Source of the DNA: Eledone cirrhosa
Lineage: Eukaryota
NCBI GenBank assembly: GCA_964016885.1
Contig: OZ024740.1
Coordinates: 288,796,001 to 288,860,000, forward strand
DNA length: 64,000 nucleotides
Direction of reading: 5' to 3'
Shown: piece by piece, positions 54,301-64,000 of the stretch
How the letters are laid out: each line of letters opens with the position of its first letter
How positions within the stretch are numbered: position 1 is the first letter of the stretch
Notes under the pieces: generated by a model
The model's input: only the letters and a program-made list of their open reading frames with translations
Told to the model about the DNA's origin: nothing
The model's database searches: none
Position numbers and translations under genes: made by a program

Positions 54301-57300
54301 TGACATATATCCAGCAGAAATGATTGAGTCTGGATCTCCAACTGAAATTATTGGACTAGAAACAGTGTTAGATGACCTAGAAGAACAACCGTATGAGTTG
54401 AAGAAAGATGAAATTTATCCTGGCAAAAGAGCACTTGAGTTTGATGTGTCTAGCTATGAAACTTTGTTAGAAGAAAACGAAGAGAGACAGCATGAAGGAG
54501 AGTCTGGCGTGGTAGAGGTTAGCCATCTAATTAGAGAAGATCAGAGGATTAATCTGGATGATACTGATGAAGAAACAGTTCAGTTTTCGGATCAACTAAA
54601 ATCCGATCTTGATGTAAGCTTTGTTCATACTTCAGAAGAAGTATGTACAGACATGGTAGAAGAAGACTTTAGTGATTTAAGCAAAGATGCTTCTTATGAA
54701 CAAGTTGAACTGACTGAAAGCAGTCTAGAATTTGCTGAGAAAGCTGAAGAAGAACTTGAAGCGTTAGCAGGAAAAACCCCAGAAATATCATTTGAACCAT
54801 CTAAAGGAGAACAAGATTTGGACAGACCCATATCCCCAACACCCCAGGATTCTCAAGAAGGAATCCTTAGTGATGATTATGAGAAGGTTGACTCTATTCT
54901 AAGCACAGAAGAACTAGAAAAAACAGCTACAGTATTTGTAGACTCTGTTCTTGAAGAAGTTTCCAAAGTTAGGGAAACTACTCAGGTGTTCCCTGAACAA
55001 ATAGAAGAAACTGAAAAACCAATCAATGAAACAGATTTCGATGAGAGCAAAGAATCTGAAAAAATGCTTGCCTTCTCATTTACAGAACCATTTGATCCAT
55101 CAATGATGTGTCGGTCACAACCAGCCTTTTTCTCGGCTCCACCTCCACCTTCTCATCCCCCTCCTTTCACGAAACAGGGGTCAGATGATATGCCCGAGAT
55201 CACCATCACTGAACACATACATAAGGTTGCTGATGAAGATGACTATCCTACCAGCTTTGCTCGATCACATATGCCAGATTCTTCCTCTGACCAGGAGGAC
55301 AAGAATGATGAAAAAGAATCTGGAGATGATAGTCCAAAGGGTGTTGGAATGTCCTATTTTGAAATGATTCAGGATGAAATGGAATTTGAATCAGATGAGA
55401 CTGAAAAGAATGGAGTGTCATCACATGAAACCAGCTCATCAGCATTCATCATTGCTGAGGCTCATTCTGGTTCCGCAAAAACCTTCACCAGTGAACAAGA
55501 AATTGAATGGAATGTGCAGAAATTTTCTGAAACTCCTGACAAAGTACCAACCACTTCTTTTGAAGACTCCTTTTCTCTACAGACTAAAACTGAGCCAGTA
55601 CCTATTAGTTCTTCAAAACAATTCCAACGAGATTCTGAAACTAAAGATTCTTCCAAAACTGGTTTCCTTGGATTTGAGCCATCGATCACACATGTCACTG
55701 ACATTCTGAGTCCAGAAGATATTGCTGATACATCGAGTGTGGACAGCTTTACAACAGTCGTCGGTGTAGACCAAGAAGGGGATGAATGTGATGATGACCG
55801 ATTGGCTGATGTGGCGTCTATGACGTCATCAATCCACTCCGACATTTATTCCATGCACACTGAACCAGAAGAAGAAGAAGAACCATTTGACTGGCCCTTA
55901 TTGACAGAAGAGGACAAATCTGGGGAATCTTCTCCATGTAGCGATCGTTTTGAGATGATTGGGAAGACTGCTTTATCAGTGATATCTGAAAAGTCTGATG
56001 AAGATCGATTTGAAATGATAGAAAAAGATGAACTTGAAGCTCTCTCCGACAGCCACTCTGGCCATTCTGGCCACTCTAGCAAAACCTCACCAGAGATGAT
56101 ATCTGCCTCACCTGGTACTGTGGGTCATACCCATGGCTATCCAAACATACGATATGCTGGCAGAAGTCGAGACAAAGATGACGGATCTGCTGCTTCTTCT
56201 GTTTCTTCATCTTTGCTAGAATTTGAGAGGTTAGAAGGGGAAATGGGACAATTTGGTTCCCTAGGATCAAATGAAGCCCACAGCCTGCCTAGCTCTTTTG
56301 ACAGTCGAAACTTCCGTTGGCGAGCAGGTGATCGAGATGATGTGTCAGTTGCCTCATCATTAGGAGAATTTGAACGTCTAGAGCGACAGATTGCACTTGG
56401 AGGTTCAATTGGCTCGTTTGGTTCAATTGACAAGTTGATGCCATCGGGACAAGGTAGTGCCACCAATGGTTCAATGTCGTCATTGGCCGAGTTTGAAAAC
56501 CTTGAAAAAGAGTGCACTGGGGGTGGATACTCCAGTTCTGGAGATGATCGCCACAGTTCATCTAGTGGCCATAGCAAACGCAGTGCAAGTTCATCTCTTG
56601 CTGAATTTGAGCGACTAGAACAAGAAATAGTCATATCTGAAGAACTTGCTGCTGAAGCTAAAAAAATAGCGTCAATATTGGAATCAGGGGAGCTGCCTGA
56701 ATATCCAGAAAGTGAAAGTTTAGGAAGTTCATATCAATCAAATGGACATATGAGAGATTTACCTGAAATAATTGGTAATTTTGATATTGAACAGGACTCC
56801 ATAGATGGAGATGACATTGACAAAGATTCACTGAGCTCTGAAGAACCTAAGTTACAGGATGTTAGTCAAGTGGCTAAAGATGATGAAGACGATGTAGACT
56901 CATTGGATGGAGACAGCAAAGATGAACTAACTTCTAGTGTCATCTTTGTCTCAAATGCTGAAATACAAGATTCCAGTGAAATAGGTCAGTTTGAATTTGA
57001 TCGAGATTCTTTGCAAGGAGATGATACAGCTATGCAGTTTTCTGTGGAATCCTTGCAATTGGACCAAGATGCTTCATTTGACATGCACAGTTCTGTTGAT
57101 TCCTTAGAAATAAAAGACAAGTTCAGCCGAGATATGCAAAGCTCAGCTGACTCTCTGGAACTAAAAGAAAGAATGAGCAAAGAAATGGTAGATTCAACCG
57201 ATTCTTTGGAATTTAAGGACACTGTGAAAGATACTGACAAATTTGAAACAGATTCACTGGTTGACCAAGATGATATCATGCAAACGTCTTCTGATTCACT

Positions 57301-58220
57301 TGATGCATTTCCTGAATTAACACACCAAAACATCATGGAAGCTTCTTTAGAATCAGCTCGTTGGAGTCTAAGCAGCTCTTACTTTTCCCATTCCTCACAA
57401 GAAACCTTACGATCTGAATCCCACAGTGACTCAAGCCATTCTAGAGATGTCATGCAAATGTCTGCAGATTCTGTGGATTTTGAAAAAGACAAAAGATTTG
57501 AGGGTTCTGATACCGAAATGGAATATAAGTCAGTAACGAGTAAAACATTGACATCATCGACTTTAGATCCCGAAATCCGCATGATCACAGGAATATCTCA
57601 TCCCAACAATCCTTTCTTAGATAACGAAGGCAATGTTAGGACAGATCTGGGGTATCCGGGCCATTTTAGAAGCAAATATGAATATTCAAAGTTTGATAAA
57701 GAAGGGAACTACCGTTGGAACACAGAGCTAGAAGAAAGTACCAGAAACAACACTTATCTCAACTGGGGTCCTTATCAAGAGAAAAAGAAGGTTTACACCA
57801 TGACAGAATGGGAAGCCATGCGCAACGCTAAAAAGAGAAGTGCTGATAATGATGAAGAACTTGGCGGGGACAGTGAACAAGAGTCTGTGATTCCTGATAA
57901 TCACTTTGCCCAACTTAAAAACAAAGAAGTCTCTTCTAACCTTCCTTCTGAGCACACAACTTCCCACCCTAGAACTTCTTCACCTCCTCCTCCTCCTTCT
58001 ACCGTTCTACGGCCTTCTACAGTTTCCTCCTCTTCTACTACTACCACTACTACTTACTACTCCTCTTCCAATTCCTCTTCCTCTTCCTCAACCTATAATG
58101 CTGCTGTGACTCGGCCTGACTCCAGCTCCACCAGTCAAACTGCTGCTACCTCCGATCCTCTGCTATACCATCACAGTATGTCGGACACTACTACTACTAC
58201 TGTCCATAAAACCAGTAGAG
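48303..58220 (+). CDS. Giant coding exon C (9918 nt, 3306 codons); TTS[K/R]TEE repeats, SLxEFERLE and DSLE repeats; probable giant ankyrin (Ank2-L/UNC-44-like) long exon
   Basis: 3308-aa ORF; TACTAAC branch point 48269-48275, acceptor CTATAG|AT, donor AGAG|GTATAT, both phase 1. Confidence 0.85.
49955..51840 (+). repeat. Coding TTS[K/R]TEE(PV/YV) array (27/30-nt units) with internal block duplication
   Basis: Visible in DNA and protein; a block starting at 50248 recurs at 50881. Confidence 0.95.
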
Positions 58221-58509
58221 GTATATCTAACTGTTAGACGTACAGCCAGTGTACAGTCACGCTGCATGACCTCTAGCCTAACCAGTTGCATGTCAGCCTG
58301 CTACTTTACTGTGTATTCTATATGCTATCATTGTTGTTAAGTGTTGTTGTTGTAATAGTCAATTAATTCACTATGCTATGTTTTTGTTGCAGGGTCACCC
58401 TATTTCCCTATCACACACACATACACCCTCTCACACACACATACACCCTCTCACACGCACATACACCCTCTCAAGGATTTGTTAATGCATCTATAATGGT
58501 ATATATATA

Positions 58510-58562
<53 letters not shown>

Positions 58563-59254
58563 ATGCGCATGTACATATATATGTATGTATACATATATAT
58601 GTATGTATATATATATATATATGTATATGTGTGTATACACATATATATGTATGTATGTGATATATATATATATATATATGCTTCCTTCATGTAAAACAAC
58701 AATCTCCATTCTCAAACAAACCTCACCTCAACAAACCAACAAACACATACATGGTTATATACACATATATGTACTTACATACAGCTACATACAGTTGTTG
58801 TTTTTTTTATGTATGTATGTATGTGTTTGAGTTTCTATAAATGTGTGTATGTGTGTATATTTCCATAGGTATTTCTATTATCAATAATGTTGGTACAATG
58901 ATTATTATCATAATTATTACATTAGATGTTGGTATTATTGTTGCTTTTGTTTGTTTTGTGTTGTTATTGTTTTAGTTGTTTAGAGGGGGGAACAGTGGTG
59001 TGGCAGCAACCACACTGAAGACTAAAGTCATGAAGTGTTTCAATTCACACTTAGAATGGCTTACCCAAATGTCACCATTGCTCATGTGAGGAAAACCATG
59101 AGCTTCATAAATTTCTGTTTTCCTTATCGTATGCAAACTAAACTCTGTGCCAATGTAAAAAAAAAACTCATCATTATTTGATGATAAAACACGTTGCAGC
59201 CAAGTAGTAGTAGAGTTGATATTATTAACTGATCTCTCCCTCTCCCTTGAGATC

Positions 59255-60690
59255 AATTGGTAAAATCATTAGAATATTGAACAAAATATCTTGTGGTATT
59301 TAGTTAAAGGCATTTACATCCTGAGTTGAAATCCAGTTGAAGTCAACTTTGCCTTCATCCTTCCAAGGATTGATAGAATATGTTTAAGAACTGGGGTTAA
59401 TATTATTGATCATTCCTCAAATTTGAGCCATGGTGTCTTTGTTTGAAATTATTATTATTATTATTGAGGGCGTTGAATGGCAGAATAAGTAGAGAAATTA
59501 TTTAAAATGCCTTGCAGTGTTTAATTGCATATCTTTTAAATTCTGTGTTCAAATCCTATTAAATTTGAGATAGAAAGGCATCCTTTGAAGGGCAATAAAA
59601 AAATATGTACCATTAGTGACTTATCATTATTATTATAAAAGAAAGGGCGGTGAATTGGCAGTATCGGTAGAGGGTCGGACACCATGCTTTCCAGCATAGT
59701 TGCGTCCCTTTACGGTCTGAGTTCAAATGCTGTCGAGGTTAACTTTGCCTTTCATCCTTACGGGGTTGATAAAATAAAGTACCAGTAATGTACTGGGTAC
59801 TTGCTGGCCTTGTGCCAAACGTAGAAACAATTATTATTATAAAAGAAATCATTATTATGATATGATATAATAAATAATATAATAAATAATATAATAATAA
59901 ATCATTATTATTATTATAAGGGCGATTGATTGGCAGTATCGGTAGAGCATCAGAGACAACGTGTTGTGGCATATTTACTGCTCTTTGGCTCTTTACATTC
60001 TGAGTTCAAATCCTGCTGAGGTTAACTTTGCCTTTTTTATCCTTATAGGGTCGATAAAATAAAGCACCAGTAATGCACTGGGTCGATTTAATTGACCCCC
60101 CCCCCCCCCCCCCCCCGAAAATTGCTGGCCTTGTGCCTAAATCAGGAACCATTATTATTATTAAGGGCGAAAGATTGACAGTATGGTAGAGCATCAGACA
60201 TGTTTTGTGGAATATTTACTGCTCTTTGGCTCTTTACAATCTGAGTTCAAATCCTGCTGAGGTTAGCTTTGCCTTTTTTATCCTTATAGGGTCGATAAAA
60301 TGAAGTACCAGTAATGCACAGGTGTTGATTTAATTGATTTTCACCTCTAATAAAAATTATTGGCCTTGTGCCTAAATTAGAAGCCCTTATGAGGTGACAG
60401 TCCTTCTTTTGGGATCTAAATGTATTTCAATTCTCCACCACTCTACTGTGTACCATAGCTCCTTACTGTTTATCTGTTTGTCCTAAAGTGTCTCTCATCT
60501 GTTGCTCTTGTGATAATTAGAGAACAAATAATATTATTACTATTATGAGTTCAAATCCCACTGAGGTTAGCTTTGCCTTTCATCCTTACAGGGTTGATAA
60601 AAAAAAAAGTACCAGTCACACACTGGGGTCGATTTAATTGACTTTCCCCTCTACCCAAATTGTTAGCTTTGTACCTAAATCAGAAACCAT
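59255..60690 (+). mobile_element. Cluster of about six head-to-tail family 1 SINEs
   Basis: Copies start near 59255, 59467, 59645, 59920, 60165 and 60546, mostly separated by (TTA)n; the 59645 copy is flanked by ATTATTATTATAAAAGAAA. Confidence 0.85.
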
Positions 60691-61304
60691 TATTGTTATT
60701 ATTATTGATGTTGTTACATATACTGTAGCAGAAGAGATAAGCTTTTAGTGATCTGAATGCTGAAATGTTCTTAAGAAAGAAATAAAGACAACACTATTGC
60801 GTTTTCCTGAGGCCCCAAAATGTCCACCCTTTTCAGCAAAATCTAAATAATATTGCAATAGTAAATTCTTAACAAACCTAATTTCAATTACCAGTGGAAG
60901 CTGCTTCACTTCTGTAACACCCTGTCCATCTTTCTTCCATATTTATGTGTGCACGTGTAATATATAATATATATATATGTGTGTATATACATATATCATT
61001 TATTTATATATTCTTTATTTATCTGTTATTTATTTTCAGGTCTCTTTCCTTATATTTAGACATAGTCTCCATTGTCACTATTTGTCTCACCATGTGCATG
61101 ATACATTCTCATTTATGCAACATGTCCTCACTGCACATTCTTTTTTATTTTGCAAATTATTGTGTTGTATTTGTATTGCATATTATTATGATTATTATTT
61201 TCATTATCATTTAATGTTCTGAGTTTTCTGTTTTGTTTTAGATTCCACATTGATAAATCTAAATTAAAACTTTTAAACTTTTTATTTGCTCTCTCTCCCT
61301 CCAA

Positions 61305-61347
<43 letters not shown>

Positions 61348-61634
61348 TCATCATCATCATCATCATCATCAGCGTTTAACGTCCGTGTTCCACGCTTGCA
61401 TGGGTTTGGACGGGGGTAGTCCCACTTGAGGCAAGAGTGATTGTCTTGCTCGCATAGGACTATATATATGTAATATTCTGTTGATAATTCTTATAACCAT
61501 ATTTTTATTTAATTTTTAATTCTTTTTTTATACTTTAAATTCGTTTTATCATAAATTAACAATTTTACAATAATAGAGATGAGGAGGGTAAGGATAATAT
61601 TAACAGTAACATTAAATCTTGCTTTATCTTGCAG

Positions 61635-61643
61635 ACCTTTGGG
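61635..61643 (+). CDS. Candidate 9-nt microexon (adds D-L-W)
   Basis: CTTGCTTTATCTTGCAG|ACCTTTGGG|GTGAGT: strong acceptor, consensus donor, frame-preserving and stop-free in phase 1. Confidence 0.55.
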
Positions 61644-61836
61644 GTGAGTTAAAAGTAGACTTAACTATTTTTTTGTTTTATTTCATTTTTATTTGTTTTT
61701 ATTTGTTTTGATTATACTTGTCCCTATCACCCCATCCACAGGTCTCATTTTTATTTATTTAAAATCCATGGCAACAAAATAGTTATTTATTCTATGATTT
61801 CCATTCTTTATCATCTATTACTTTTTTTAACACACA

Positions 61837-61874
<38 letters not shown>

Positions 61875-61994
61875 TCATTTTCTGCTTTTTACTGTTTTAA
61901 TTGTTGTTCTGTATCTTACTATCTTAAAGCTATACCAACCCAACAGGAACACTATGTTGCATATGTCTTCATAAATATACTCTACATGCATGAA

Positions 61995-62043
<49 letters not shown>

Positions 62044-62520
62044 TAAATGTGTGTGTGTGTGTTTGTATATATATATATATATATATATGAGTATATTTTT
62101 TTATTCATTCATGTTCTGCTTATTAAAACATTTTTTTTTAAGTCTTAAGTTTTCAGGCTTAATGTCTGTGTGGCTTAAAATGTTCACCTCGCTAGCACAT
62201 CTTTCTGGGCTGGATCCCAATTCTGTGCACTTTCACTGAGTCTCTTCTGCCATACCCTCAAGTTGACTAATGTCTTTAAGAGAAAATTGGATGGAAAGAA
62301 ACTTTGCAGAAGCACATCATCATCATCATCGTCGTCATCAGCAGCATTTATTAATGATGATGATGATGGTGATGTGCTTCCACACAGTTTCTTTCCCTCG
62401 AATTTCCCCCATGTGTATGTAGGTCAATAAGGGATTGCCAATAGATAAAAGCATCAAATAAAAATACCTTGTGTTACTTATTCCCTTCAAGTAATATAAG
62501 GAATGTTAGTGGAATGATCA

Positions 62521-62552
<32 letters not shown>

Positions 62553-62826
62553 CATACATACCAAGGTATTTGATAAAGATTGGTGCAATAAGTACCAAAT
62601 ACTGATAACCAATTTATTCATCAAAAGCATTGAACCACTGGCATGGTCTGAGTTCAGTGATTACAGACCAAAACAATTGGTAGACTCTGTTCTGAGGCCA
62701 TGTTTACTTGAAACATGGAATGAAATGCCACAGCATATTTGAACTCATTAACTGGTAATCCAATATCACTCAACCCTCATGCCTCTTTCTATTTATTTAT
62801 GTGTGTTTGTGTCACATATATATTTA

Positions 62827-62875
<49 letters not shown>

Positions 62876-62919
62876 TTTATATATATATATATGTATATTT
62901 TATATATATGTGTGTGTGT

Positions 62920-63270
62920 AGCTGTGTGGATAAGAAGTTTGCTTTACAACTATATGGTTCCAATTTCCGTCCCACTATACAGCACCCTTGATACAGTACT
63001 TTTCAACTTCAGCTTCTTGTTGGTTAATGCTTCCTGGGTAGAATTTGTATACATCTATGTGTATGTATGTATGTGTCTATGTTTATGTACATCAGTGAAT
63101 CGAGTTGTGTTCCTTTATGTCAGAAGGTAACTTACCCATACAATAAATAGAGATCAGTAAAATAAATACCAGACTGAAATAAGTACTAGGGTGGTGTTAA
63201 TATAATCGATTAAAATCTTTGAAGGAGGTGTCCCAGCATGGCAACAGACCAATGACTGAAGCCATTAAAA
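62920..63270 (+). mobile_element. Old SINE, family 3 (GCTGTGTGG.TAAGAAG.TTGCT head; CAGCATGGC.ACAG.C.AATGACTGAA.CC tail)
   Basis: Fragments of the same head/tail recur near 9620-9785, 12415, 18218, 28922, 35885, 36628, 41435 (-) and 62170 (+). Confidence 0.55.
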
Positions 63271-63410
63271 GAATAAAAGGAGATATGTATAAAGTATGTA
63301 TTTATATAATGAACATTAATGGACTTTTACATTATATTTACTGACTGATGACTAGAGAGATTTATTATAGAGCAGTCTGTACTTGAACCAAGAACTATTT
63401 TGTTTTTCAG

Positions 63411-63467
63411 AACAGACAGATTTGCCACAACAGATGTCCACTGAAGAATCACAGAGCAAAACAGAAG
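63411..63467 (+). CDS. 57-nt phase-1 exon (EQTDLPQQMSTEESQSKTE)
   Basis: TTTTGTTTTTCAG acceptor, GAAG|GTGATT donor, 19 codons. Confidence 0.7.
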
Positions 63468-63759
63468 GTGATTTGAACATGTGAATTTATTTTTATCGAC
63501 ATGTTGTTTTTAATTTTGGTTTTGTTGCTGTTGTGATTTGATCAGTACTATACATATATATGCTCTAAGTTATCACATTCTACAAATATATATATACATA
63601 GGGAAAGTTAAATGAAATATACACTCAATTAACATACATACATACTTACACATGCCCACACATGTATAATATTCCAGCTTTACTCTTCTTACCATAAAGC
63701 TAAGGAATTTGATTAAAACAGTCTGTACAGAATGTGTGTAAATGTTAATGAAATGAGCA

Positions 63760-63818
<59 letters not shown>

Positions 63819-63850
63819 TTGTGTGTATATATATGTGTGTGAATATATAC

Positions 63851-64000
63851 GAGGCACATAGCTTAGTGGTTAGAGCATTGGCCTTGCAATCAAATGGTTG
63901 TGAGTTCAATTCTCAGACCGGGTGATGTGTTGTTTCCTTGAGCAAGACACTTTATTTCACATTGCTCTAGTTTACTCAGCTGTAGAAATGAGATGATAGG
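63851..64000 (+). mobile_element. Family 2 SINE, cut by window end
   Basis: Near-identical to 15299-15448. Confidence 0.85.

Noticed and set aside
20160-58220. EB-binding SxIP motifs expected from vertebrate AnkG
   Set aside because: Only SDIP, SVIP, SQLP and SNLP in mostly acidic contexts; not convincing.
58393-58500. Acceptor-like TTGCAG shortly after exon C
   Set aside because: Runs into CA-repeat sequence and a stop; no supporting donor in frame.

Overview
Eukaryotic, AT-rich animal genomic DNA with dense (TA)n/(CA)n microsatellites and many tRNA-derived SINEs; repeat content suggests an octopus/cephalopod (inference). The window appears to lie inside one + strand gene. Three giant coding exons (<1-4432, 20160-28274, 48303-58220) and six smaller exons (162, 51, 846, 144, 9, 57 nt) all have phase-1 AG/GT boundaries, and every complete exon is a multiple of 3 nt. 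Together they can encode about 7,900 aa of acidic, S/T/E/P-rich, disordered protein. Each giant exon has its own tandem array (GDHE[C/G]QYGLKHTGQQG; KSPSP; TTS[K/R]TEE). Architecture and motifs (AnkB/AnkG-type extended LIR, DSLE and SLxEFERLE repeats) best fit the tail of a protostome giant ankyrin (Ank2/UNC-44-like). No ANK/ZU5/death domain is in the window, so the identity is inferred. Introns hold a defective DD37D (maT) transposon, MITE-like inverted repeats, SINE clusters and a decayed hammerhead-like motif. Exon calls are from splice signals and frame only, with no transcript data.
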